From Chloroflexota bacterium (lineage in GTDB: Bacteria; Chloroflexota; Limnocylindria; QHBO01): a stretch of DNA of 57,851 nucleotides. The notes beneath the pieces are model-generated. The model saw nothing but the letters and a program-made list of their open reading frames with translations, had not been told where the DNA came from and did not search any database. Of this stretch, positions 18,160 to 26,553 are shown piece after piece (the first letter of the stretch is position 1; each line of letters begins with the position of its first letter). The stretch spans positions 1 to 57,851 of the forward strand of contig JBDUEE010000024.1 in the NCBI GenBank assembly GCA_040002615.1, given 5' to 3'. The translations under genes and the position numbers were made by a program.

Positions 18160-19911
18160 ATGACTCCCCGCGCCCGATCCACGCTGCTGGCGCTGGCGAT
18201 GCTGCTGGCCTGGGGCCTCGGCGGCTACGCAACCCCAGCGCCAGCCATCGGCGCGGGAATCACCCTGTACGTGGACGGCAAGCACGGCAGCGACAGCGAT
18301 ACCGGCCGCTCCTGGGACCGTGCATTCCGGACGATCAACCGCGCCGCGAGGGAGCTGCCGCGCGATTCACATGCGGCCGGTTGGACGGTCGTGGTTCGAG
18401 GCTACAGCGACTACGTCTACCGTGGGCGGCCGGTGCCGGGCGCCTACGACCGTGCCGGAACCGCCTCCAATCCGGTGATCTTCACCGCAGAGGGATGGGC
18501 GCCTGGAGCCACGAACTACGTGAAGCCGATCGTCTCGGGGGCACTCGTGGCACCCAAGGCTGGCCGATCCTGGCAGGACGACTCGACGTCAGATGTGTGG
18601 TGGACTGCCTGGGACGCGGCGCCGGCTGGATTCGATCGGTCCAAGCCGTACTCGAGCGCCGTCTTCCAGAACCGCATCGGGTTCCTGTGGCAGCACGCCA
18701 GCCTGGCCGACCTGCGCAACCGAGCAAGCCGCGGTGACGGCGGGTACTGGTGGGACTCCGGGGCGCATCGGCTGTATATCAGCACCCGCAGGGGCGTGGC
18801 CCCCAGCTCGGTAACGATCGACGTCCCGAACTACATGGGCTTCTACTTCACCGGATCGGCTGGCTCACGCTACATCTCTGTGCGTGGCTTCGTGGTGCAG
18901 CACACCTCGATGGGGATCACCTTCCACCTCGGTGCGGACCACAACTCGGCCTACGACAATATCGGCGTTGCCAACGTGCCCATGAGCTTCGGCACATCGG
19001 GACGCACCACCAACTCCGGCTTCGACCCAGCGGTCGCCAACGTCTTCCTCCGCAATTCCGCCTCGTACAGCACGCTGCAGGGCTTCAAGGTCGACGCCGG
19101 CTCGCAGGACACGGTCATCTGCCATAACACGGTCCGCCACAATGCGCTCCAGGGCATCAAGGTGCAGGGACCTCCAACTGCTTCCGATCCCCGCGTCACC
19201 AGCGGCACCGAGGTCTGCCACAACGTCCTCGCCGACCAGGACACGCAGCGGCCGGGACCTGGTCGCGCGGACGAGCGGCCAAACGGGCTGACGCTCTGCA
19301 ACGGTGCGCGCGGCACATACGTGCACCACAACACGATCCGGAGCAACGTCGTCGGTGTCCAGGTCAACCAGGGCGGGATCGGGAGCCCGATCACGAACAC
19401 ACGATTCCAGCGCAACCTGGTTTACGGGAACCGGTCTGTTGGACTGAGCCTGCGCGACGGGGTGGCGGATCGCCGGTCTGGCACCGGCTCGCTGCACGCA
19501 TCGTTCAATCTCTATTGGGACAACGAGATCGGGATACGCGTGCACTCAGGCAGCACGAACAAGATATTCGAGCATGAAACGGTGTACGAGAACCGGACCT
19601 CGGGATTCGTGATCGGCTGTGACTGCGCCTCCGCGCGGACCGAGGTGGCGGTCAGCGAGGGCCTGGTGACGCACAACGGCGCGTATGGGATCTGGATCGC
19701 CCCTGGCCAGGACGTCCGGCTGCGGTACCTGGGCATTTCGTCCAACAAGAGTGGCGCGGTTCTTGGCTCGGCCAGCAAGACGCGGGTCAACACTCGTGCT
19801 GCCGGCTACCTGTCCCGCGACCCAGCAACCGGCGAGTTCCTGAAGATCGGCCCCTCGTCGTTCCAGTACACGGCCGGCGTGGACGGCAAGCCGATCGGGG
19901 CACGCTACTGA
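18160..19911 (+). CDS. Secreted right-handed parallel beta-helix repeat protein (candidate polysaccharide lyase or C5-epimerase)
   Basis: ORF 18121..19911. A signal-like N-terminus follows the ATG at 18160 (MTPRARSTLLALAMLLAWGLGGYATPAPA). PbH1-like coils recur: HNTVRHNALQGIKVQG, HHNTIRSNVVGVQVNQ, QRNLVYGNRSVGLSLRD, LYWDNEIGIRVHS, VYENRTSGFVIG and VTHNGAYGIWIAP. Confidence 0.65.
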   Translation: MTPRARSTLLALAMLLAWGLGGYATPAPAIGAGITLYVDGKHGSDSDTGRSWDRAFRTINRAARELPRDSHAAGWTVVVRGYSDYVYRGRPVPGAYDRAGTASNPVIFTAEGWAPGATNYVKPIVSGALVAPKAGRSWQDDSTSDVWWTAWDAAPAGFDRSKPYSSAVFQNRIGFLWQHASLADLRNRASRGDGGYWWDSGAHRLYISTRRGVAPSSVTIDVPNYMGFYFTGSAGSRYISVRGFVVQHTSMGITFHLGADHNSAYDNIGVANVPMSFGTSGRTTNSGFDPAVANVFLRNSASYSTLQGFKVDAGSQDTVICHNTVRHNALQGIKVQGPPTASDPRVTSGTEVCHNVLADQDTQRPGPGRADERPNGLTLCNGARGTYVHHNTIRSNVVGVQVNQGGIGSPITNTRFQRNLVYGNRSVGLSLRDGVADRRSGTGSLHASFNLYWDNEIGIRVHSGSTNKIFEHETVYENRTSGFVIGCDCASARTEVAVSEGLVTHNGAYGIWIAPGQDVRLRYLGISSNKSGAVLGSASKTRVNTRAAGYLSRDPATGEFLKIGPSSFQYTAGVDGKPIGARY

Positions 19912-20816
19912 GCGGAACGCTCCTGCGGTAGCCAGCCCGCGAGCCTGCGACCGAGCAGCGCCTCCAGCCGCCGATTTCCCTGCGCCAGCTCTTCACGCAG
20001 CCGGGCGATCGCGTCCGGGCCCAGCGCCTCGCGCGGCGACGGCTCCGTGTTGAGCCGAACCGCCGAGCGATACAGGCGGCGACGCAATCGAGGTGGCGCG
20101 ACGCGGCGGCCCACCGAGCGAACCCATTCGGGCGGGTCATTGAGCGCGCGCCGCAGGAGTAGGCTCCGCGATCGCTTGCTGGCGTTTACGACGGCGAATT
20201 CCGGCTGGTGCGCCGGATCGAGTGACAGGAAGGCCAGCACGTCACGGTAAGCGGCGGAGGTATCGGCCCTGAAGTCGTCGTACACGATGACGTGCACGCC
20301 GCTGCGGCCGAAGCGATCGAGATAGCGCTCCAGCTGCTCGGCATAGGAAGCCACCCTCCGGTAGAGCATTCCTCGCGGGAAGTTGGCATGGGGCGGGATA
20401 CGACGACCCGCGGCGCGATCCTCCTCAGCCGCCAGCGCCTCCTCGAGAAGGAGATCCTCGTGACCGTTGTAGACGAATTGGCTGTGGAGCGACGCAATCA
20501 TCTCCACGGGGTCGCGGAGCATGGCAATGATGCGTGCATCGGGGACGGCGGCGTGGATCTCGTCGGCGGCGCGCTCCGAGTAGAGGTACCAGACGGACGC
20601 CTCGCCGATGCGGCTCCGCCCATCCGCGTTCGCAAAGTAGGACTCGTACTGCCCGGCGCTCGGTCGGCGGCGATACCGGAACTCCAGGTCGCTTCCGAAG
20701 TAGTGCGGCTCCTTCGGGTCCGACATCAGGACGTCGGGGTGCTGCGTGAGATACGCGTGCAGGGCGGTGGTGCCGCATTTCGGCGCACCCACGATGAAGA
20801 AGTTCGGCAGCGTCAC
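19905..20816 (-). CDS. Sulfotransferase (Sulfotransfer_1-like, PAPS-dependent), paralogue 1
   Basis: 303 aa. 5'-PSB loop FFIVGAPKCGTTAL lies at the extreme N-terminus. 3'-PB region MLRDPVEMIASLHSQ. No signal peptide. There is a 4-nt start/stop overlap with the upstream paralogue. Confidence 0.85.
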   Translation of the reverse strand: MTLPNFFIVGAPKCGTTALHAYLTQHPDVLMSDPKEPHYFGSDLEFRYRRRPSAGQYESYFANADGRSRIGEASVWYLYSERAADEIHAAVPDARIIAMLRDPVEMIASLHSQFVYNGHEDLLLEEALAAEEDRAAGRRIPPHANFPRGMLYRRVASYAEQLERYLDRFGRSGVHVIVYDDFRADTSAAYRDVLAFLSLDPAHQPEFAVVNASKRSRSLLLRRALNDPPEWVRSVGRRVAPPRLRRRLYRSAVRLNTEPSPREALGPDAIARLREELAQGNRRLEALLGRRLAGWLPQERSAQ

Positions 20817-21727
20817 GGCGCATCCGATGGCCGCAACCAGCCGCCCAGGTCGCGCCCGATCATCTCGCCCAACCGCATCATCTCCGGGCGCAGGTCATCG
20901 ATCAGTCGTGCCCGCAGCGCGGGGTCAAGTGCGGCGCGCGCCTGCCGCCGGGCGTTCAGTCGGGTGGCGGCCCGATAGAGACGCTTGCGCGTGGTACGCG
21001 GCAGGAGACGGCGAGCGGTGCCACGGATCCAGCCCGGCGGGCTCGCCACCAGGCGCTGCAGCATGCGACTTCGTGTTGTCTTGGCGGCATTGAGCACCTC
21101 AAGCCGTGGTTCGAAGTGGTCGTCCACGCCCAGGAAGCGGAACGTGCCGGCGACACTGGCGGCGGTATCGGCCTTGAAGTCGTCGAAGACGATCACGTGC
21201 ACCCGCTCGCGGCCCAACGCCTGGTGGTACCGAGCCAGTTGCTCGCAGAAGTTGACGGCCTCCCGGTAGAGGAGGCCCCGCGGGTTGTTGATGGCCGCCG
21301 GGATCCGCCTGCCTTCACGCCGATCGGCCTCCGCGGCGAGCGCCTCGCCAAATTCGGCGATCTCCTCGATGCCCAGGAACACCAGTTCGGCGTGCAGGGC
21401 CTGCATGACCTCCAGGGGGTTGCGCAGCATCACGATCGCCTGGGCCTGCGGCGCGAAATCGGCGATCTCGCGCGCAGCCAGGGTCGAGCGCAGGTAGCTG
21501 ACCGATGCCTCACCGATGCGGACGCCGGGTGGCGCCGACGCGAAGTTGGCCAGGTATTCCTCCAGGGTGAGCCGCGCGGTGTGGCGCGAGGGGCGGTCGC
21601 TGCCGAAGTAGTTCAGCTCCTTGATTGCCGGCATGAAGATGCCGGGGTGCTGTCGCAGGTAGTCGTGCAGCGAGGTCGTCCCGGACTTCGCCGCACCGAC
21701 GATGAAAAAGTCGGGCCGTGGGCTCAT
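20813..21727 (-). CDS. Sulfotransferase (Sulfotransfer_1-like), paralogue 2
   Basis: 304 aa. Motifs FFIVGAAKSGTTSL and MLRNPLEVMQALHAE. The C-terminal motif EMIGRDLGGWL is shared with the other paralogues. Confidence 0.85.
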   Translation of the reverse strand: MSPRPDFFIVGAAKSGTTSLHDYLRQHPGIFMPAIKELNYFGSDRPSRHTARLTLEEYLANFASAPPGVRIGEASVSYLRSTLAAREIADFAPQAQAIVMLRNPLEVMQALHAELVFLGIEEIAEFGEALAAEADRREGRRIPAAINNPRGLLYREAVNFCEQLARYHQALGRERVHVIVFDDFKADTAASVAGTFRFLGVDDHFEPRLEVLNAAKTTRSRMLQRLVASPPGWIRGTARRLLPRTTRKRLYRAATRLNARRQARAALDPALRARLIDDLRPEMMRLGEMIGRDLGGWLRPSDAP

Positions 21728-21737
21728 GGGACCGATG

Positions 21738-22886
21738 CTATCCGGATGCCGAGCCGGCCGCGCCGATGACTTCGTCGATCAGCTCCGCGTAACGCCGGAG
21801 CGCCTCCTGCGGAGCGAAGCGCTCCGATCGTCTCCGTGCGCCGGCACGCAGGCGCGCTGCGAGCTGCGGGTCGCGAAGGACGCGAAGGATCGCGGCCGCC
21901 AGGGCAGCCGGGTCGCGGGTCGGAACGAGGAGGCCGCTGCGCTCCGGCTCGATAATCTCGTCGGGTCCGAACTGCGAGTCGGTTGCGATGGCGACCGCTC
22001 CGACGCGCATGGCCTCGACCAGCACGAATGGAAAGGCCTCCCAGTCGGACGCCAGCACAAACACGTCGGCACGCCGCATGGCCGGGAATGGGTTCGGCAC
22101 GTGACCCGCCAGATGTACCGCATCCTTCAGGCCCAGCCGAGCGATCTCCGCCTCCAGCGCTGGCCGTTCCTCCCCCTCCCCTAAGATCACCAGCCGTGCG
22201 GGGACCTGGCGGTGGACGTCGACGAGCGCCTGAAACAGGACCGGATAGGCCTTCTGCGCCGTGAGACGCCCCACTGCTACCAGCGTGGGCCTCGGACCGG
22301 CGAACCACTCGGCTGGCGGATCCTCCTCCGTGAGGCGATCAACCTCCGGGTCGAAGGGGTTGTAGATAGTGCGCAGCCGATGGGGCGGCAGGTCAAGTTC
22401 TTGGATCATCGCGGCACGCAACCCTTCTGAGACGGGCACCACTGCTCCGACCCGCCGGTACAGGCGACGGGCGATCGCGAGCTGCAGACGTTTGCCGGGC
22501 GTGGCGCGCAGCGCATCCGGTGTGACGTGCTCGGTGGCGATGACGGGAATGCCCGATCGCTCCAGGGCAGACGCGCCGATGAGCAGCAGGTTCTGGTAGG
22601 TCATGAAGCCGATGGCGACGGCCGGTCTTCGTCTGCGCAGGTCCGCGGCCAGCCGCGCGAGCACCCGCATGAGGTCCAGACGCGACCGCTTCTCGAGCGA
22701 GCGAATGGGGACGCGGTCGGGCAGCTCCTCCACCACTGCCTGGTTCTCGTCGCGCCGGTGCAGCACCACGATCTCGGGCGCGTACCGATCCGGATCCAGT
22801 CCGCGCGCCAGGATGCTGACCAGACGCTCCATCCCGCCCTGGCGAATGGAGGGCACGAGGAAGAGGATTCGCCGCGGCTGTGTCAC
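21738..22886 (-). CDS. Glycosyltransferase family 4 (GT-B, Glycos_transf_1)
   Basis: 382 aa. It has VAVGRLTAQKAY and the EX7E-type motif SDWEAFPFVLVEAMRVG. Confidence 0.85.
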   Translation of the reverse strand: MTQPRRILFLVPSIRQGGMERLVSILARGLDPDRYAPEIVVLHRRDENQAVVEELPDRVPIRSLEKRSRLDLMRVLARLAADLRRRRPAVAIGFMTYQNLLLIGASALERSGIPVIATEHVTPDALRATPGKRLQLAIARRLYRRVGAVVPVSEGLRAAMIQELDLPPHRLRTIYNPFDPEVDRLTEEDPPAEWFAGPRPTLVAVGRLTAQKAYPVLFQALVDVHRQVPARLVILGEGEERPALEAEIARLGLKDAVHLAGHVPNPFPAMRRADVFVLASDWEAFPFVLVEAMRVGAVAIATDSQFGPDEIIEPERSGLLVPTRDPAALAAAILRVLRDPQLAARLRAGARRRSERFAPQEALRRYAELIDEVIGAAGSASG

Positions 22887-23791
22887 GACGGGGCGCGCCA
22901 GGCCGGCAGCGGGCGGCCCAGCAGGCGTTCCAGCTTCGCGACCTCTGGATCAAGCTCGGCGCGAAGCCGGTCGCGCAGCTCGGAGGTCAGCGCGACCCGC
23001 CCGGGCGTGGCGGAGTTGAGGGCGACGGCCCGGCGGTACGCGAGGCGCCGGAGAGGAGTCGGGACCGCCGCGCGCACCGCGCGCCGCAGCGGAGCCGGTG
23101 GGGCTGCCAGGAAGCGACGCATGAGCGCCGATCTGGCGCGCTTGTTCGGGTTGGCGTGCGGGAGAGGAATCTCGGGGCGCGGCGAGAGCCCCAGAAAGCG
23201 GACGATGGCGGCACAAGTCTCCTGGGGCCGATCGATCAGGTCATCGAACAGCAGCACATGGACGTGATCCGAGCCGAAGCGGTCGAGGTAGCGTTCCACC
23301 TGCTCGGCGTAGCGTACCGTGGCCCGGTAGCAGAGCCCGGCCGGGAAATGTGCCTCCGCTGGGATGCGTCGGCCGGCGCATCGGTCCGGCTCGGCCGCCA
23401 ACGCATCGGCGAAATCCTCCAGGTCCTCATTGCCGTCAAAGACGAACTCGGAGTGAAGGGCATACAGGGCCGCGCTCGGGTTCCGTAGGGCGATAACAAT
23501 CCGGGCATCGGGCCGCACCTCGGCGATCTCCCGTGCAGCGGCCCGGCTGAACAGGTACCAGACGTATGCGACGCCGCACAGGGAACCCGGCGGCGCGTCG
23601 CGGTAGAGATCCAGGAATTCCTCGGCCGTCCATTCCCGCCGGTGGCGGACGTCCAGGTCCTCTCCGAAGAACCACAGCTCCTTCTGCTCCGGTACGAAGA
23701 CCTCCGGGTATGCCGCCACGTACTCGTAGAGCGAGGTGGTCCCCGCCTTGGGCGCCCCGACGATATAGAAGTCGGGCCAACGGGCGGTCAC
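22883..23791 (-). CDS. Sulfotransferase (Sulfotransfer_1-like), paralogue 3
   Basis: ORF 22883..23869. The GTG at 23791 lies 4 nt after the upstream gene's stop. Motifs FYIVGAPKAGTTSL and ALRNPSAALYALHSE. Confidence 0.85.
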   Translation of the reverse strand: MTARWPDFYIVGAPKAGTTSLYEYVAAYPEVFVPEQKELWFFGEDLDVRHRREWTAEEFLDLYRDAPPGSLCGVAYVWYLFSRAAAREIAEVRPDARIVIALRNPSAALYALHSEFVFDGNEDLEDFADALAAEPDRCAGRRIPAEAHFPAGLCYRATVRYAEQVERYLDRFGSDHVHVLLFDDLIDRPQETCAAIVRFLGLSPRPEIPLPHANPNKRARSALMRRFLAAPPAPLRRAVRAAVPTPLRRLAYRRAVALNSATPGRVALTSELRDRLRAELDPEVAKLERLLGRPLPAWRAPS

Positions 23792-23795
23792 GCGC

Positions 23796-24701
23796 TCAGC
23801 TCCGGTCGGCGGCAGCCCACCACGTGCCGGCCAGGTCGCGGCCGAGCAACGCCTCCAGGCGCGTGACATCCGGTGCGAACTCGGCCCGCAGTCGCTCCCG
23901 GAGGGCCGGGCTCACCGGCGGGCGGTCCAGTCGCCGGCGGTTCGTGCGACGCAGCAGGCGCATGCAGGCGATGGCTATTCGGTCCAGACGGCTTACGGGA
24001 ACGGCTCGGTGCGGCAGTCGGCCGACGATGCGTGAGAGCAGCACACTGCGGGGCCGCAGGCTCGTGTTGTAGTGGCGAAATGAGGCCGGTTGGTAACCAG
24101 GGCTCAATTCCAGGAATGCGAGCAAGTGGGCGAACGTCTGTTGCGGCTCGGCGGCCAACTCCTCAGTGATGATGACGTGCACCCGTTCACGCCCGAAAGC
24201 ATCGAACCAGCGCGGCAGCATGTCGGCGTAGCGGACGCGATCTCGATAGCGGACGCTCGACTGGTCGCCGACGGTACCGAAGCCGGGGCGCGTGTGCTCG
24301 TCCGCCATGGCGTCGGCGAAATCGACCTTTGGCTCGACCCCCTGGGCGACGCGCATGCCGTGCAGCGAGTGCATCATGTCGACCGGGTTGCGCAGCATCG
24401 CCACGATGCGGGCATCTGGCGCGAATTCCCGAATCCGTTCGACCGCCTCCGGCGACTCCAGGTAGGAGGTCGACGCCTCGCCTACCTTCTTCGCATCGCC
24501 TGCATCCTCGAAGAGGGCCAGGTAGCGATCCATCGCATCCGGGAAGGGCATGCCCCGCTTCACGATCCGATCACCGGCGAAGAACTGCGGCTCCTTGACG
24601 CCTGCCAGGAAGACCTCCGGATGCCCCTGCAGGTAGTTGTAGAGCGAGGTCGTCCCGCATTTCGGGGCGCCGACGATGAACAGATCGGGGCGTCGCGTCA
24701 C
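23796..24701 (-). CDS. Sulfotransferase (Sulfotransfer_1-like), paralogue 4
   Basis: 301 aa. Motifs LFIVGAPKCGTTSL, MLRNPVDMMHSLHG and the C-terminal ALLGRDLAGTW. Confidence 0.85.
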   Translation of the reverse strand: MTRRPDLFIVGAPKCGTTSLYNYLQGHPEVFLAGVKEPQFFAGDRIVKRGMPFPDAMDRYLALFEDAGDAKKVGEASTSYLESPEAVERIREFAPDARIVAMLRNPVDMMHSLHGMRVAQGVEPKVDFADAMADEHTRPGFGTVGDQSSVRYRDRVRYADMLPRWFDAFGRERVHVIITEELAAEPQQTFAHLLAFLELSPGYQPASFRHYNTSLRPRSVLLSRIVGRLPHRAVPVSRLDRIAIACMRLLRRTNRRRLDRPPVSPALRERLRAEFAPDVTRLEALLGRDLAGTWWAAADRS

Positions 24702-24769
24702 GCTGGCTCCATGGCGAGTGAGTGGGCCGAGATTATAGGTAACATGGCGGTATGGAGCTGGGCCGCTGA

Positions 24770-25777
24770 GTGTCGATCGCGTTGGTAATGACCGTCCGGG
24801 ACGAGGTGGAGTTCCTCCGCAGCAACCTGCTGTACCACCACCATCTCGGGGTCGATATCGCCTACGTCTATGATGACGGCTCGACGGACGGCACCGCGGA
24901 GACCGTCGCCGACTTGCCCTTTGTGCGCATCCGCCAGACGGTGAAGGCCTCCTCGCTTGCCCCTGGTGAGCGAATCGACCCGGCCGATGAGTCAGAGCTC
25001 TACACCACGACTCGCCAGAACATCAACACCGGCCATGCGTTGGGCCGCGCCCGCGCCGACGGCATGACCTGGCTGCTGGCCATCGATGCCGATGAGCTGG
25101 CTTGCGTGGACATGGTCTCGCAGGAGGCCGGTGGCCTGGGACGGGCGTTGGGCACGGTGCCGAAGGAGGTCGAGGCGGTGATCCTGCGCCCGCTGGAGAT
25201 CGTCCAGCGACAGATAGCGTTCGATGACACGATGGCGCAGGAGACGCTCTTCAAGCGTGCGGACGTGGGGTTGAAGCACCTGACCTTCGATCCCTTCACA
25301 CGGACGACTCACAGCGTCCGCGGTGTGTACGGGCATACCGCCGGAAAGAGCGCCGTCCGCCTGGCGGCTAACCTGCGGCCGGAAACGGTGCATCGTTTCC
25401 GCCGGAGCGACGGGTCGCGACCGACCTCCACCGACCTCGGCTGGCTGCTGCACTATTTCTGCTACAGCTTCGAGGCCTTCGTGCGCAAGTTTCGTCTGTA
25501 CCGCGATCACCCCGACCGGCACCTCCACGGTCACGAGGTCCAGCTGCAGAAGCGGCTGTGGCGTGACGTCGTCAACCGGTCGGGCATGAGCGAGGAGGAG
25601 CTGCGCGACTACTACCAGCGGTGGGTCATGTTCGACGACCGCGAAATCGCCCGTCTCCGCCAGCGGCGGTGGCTGGGGATCGTGCCGCGTCCGCCGGCGG
25701 TGGTCGAGGTGACGGCGGCCCGCAGGACGTTCGCTGAGCTGCGGGCTCAGCCGGCCGAGCTGGCCGTCGGACGCTGA
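24770..25777 (+). CDS. Glycosyltransferase family 2-like (GT-A fold)
   Basis: 335 aa with a GTG start. N-terminal ALVMTVRDEVEFLRSNLLYHHHLGVDIAYVYDDGSTDGT. DxD-like motif AIDADE. Confidence 0.65.
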   Translation: MSIALVMTVRDEVEFLRSNLLYHHHLGVDIAYVYDDGSTDGTAETVADLPFVRIRQTVKASSLAPGERIDPADESELYTTTRQNINTGHALGRARADGMTWLLAIDADELACVDMVSQEAGGLGRALGTVPKEVEAVILRPLEIVQRQIAFDDTMAQETLFKRADVGLKHLTFDPFTRTTHSVRGVYGHTAGKSAVRLAANLRPETVHRFRRSDGSRPTSTDLGWLLHYFCYSFEAFVRKFRLYRDHPDRHLHGHEVQLQKRLWRDVVNRSGMSEEELRDYYQRWVMFDDREIARLRQRRWLGIVPRPPAVVEVTAARRTFAELRAQPAELAVGR

Positions 25778-26517
25778 GGGCGTCGCGCGACGTAGTCGGC
25801 GAAGCGGAAGTACTTCCAGTAGATGGCCCGATAGACGCGGATGATCCGCATCAGAACCTTGGACCAGGCTGGCACGCGTACTGGGCCCCACGACTCGGGA
25901 AAGCGGTAGCCCCACTGCTCCAGGTACGGGCCGAAGACCCACACCGCGCGCTTGATCGCCTCCGGTGTGTAGTAGCTCACGTAGCTGCGCTCGCGTCCCG
26001 GCGTGACGTTGACCGCCGGAAGGGGTCGAACAGGATCCAGGCCGATGCGTCGCAATGCCTGCGCGAAGTCTTCCTGCAGGTTCTCGAATCGCAGCACCAT
26101 GTCGATGCCTTCGTGGTCGAGGCTCGTCCAGGTGTCGTATGGCAGCAGGTACCAGTGCATCAGGAACTGCTCGAAGGTGGCGTTCCGTTGCTTCGTCCAG
26201 CTGTAGATGCGCCGCTCGATGCGGCTCGCCAGGGAGTTGCGAACCTGCACAGACCACGGATCGGTGAAATGGTCCTTGACGTTGTCCTTGATGTGTATGT
26301 AGCGGGTGACCGCCACGTCGAGCGGGTTGCGGATGCCGGAGAAGGCGAAGTAGGTCTTCTCGTCGTCCGTGGCCTGCCGCAGGAAGTCGCGGTAGGTGGC
26401 GTGCTTGCGGAGGATCGGCTCGGCGCCGTACATCTCTCGCAGCTCGCGACGGACGGCCGAAGACCCGGTACGGGGCACCTCGATGTACACGTAGCGATGC
26501 TCGTGACTGATCATCAT
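25747..26517 (-). CDS. Sulfotransferase of a second type (Sulfotransfer_2/3-like)
   Basis: 256 aa. 5'-PSB-like YIEVPRTGSSAV. 3'-PB-like GIRNPLDVAVTRY. Family-typical LRFENLQEDFAQALRRIGL. Its 3' end overlaps the convergent GT2 gene by 31 nt. Confidence 0.7.
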   Translation of the reverse strand: MMISHEHRYVYIEVPRTGSSAVRRELREMYGAEPILRKHATYRDFLRQATDDEKTYFAFSGIRNPLDVAVTRYIHIKDNVKDHFTDPWSVQVRNSLASRIERRIYSWTKQRNATFEQFLMHWYLLPYDTWTSLDHEGIDMVLRFENLQEDFAQALRRIGLDPVRPLPAVNVTPGRERSYVSYYTPEAIKRAVWVFGPYLEQWGYRFPESWGPVRVPAWSKVLMRIIRVYRAIYWKYFRFADYVARRPQRPTASSAG

Positions 26518-26553
26518 GACGATGCAGGTTAGCGGATGCGTCGGAGGAGCCGT

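Noticed and set aside
22883-23869. Several ORFs appear in the track in N-terminally extended form: 22883..23869, 29318..30316, 9053..9910, 38776..39561, 39558..40775, 3927..4997, 37686..39008 and 11998..13575.
   Set aside because: The extensions overlap the upstream gene by 70-250 nt and are Arg/Pro-rich. They also precede the point where family homology starts; for example, the PAPS loop or P-loop should sit near the N-terminus. Internal ATG/GTG starts just after the upstream stop were preferred. The exact starts remain uncertain, especially for 12193 and 4880.
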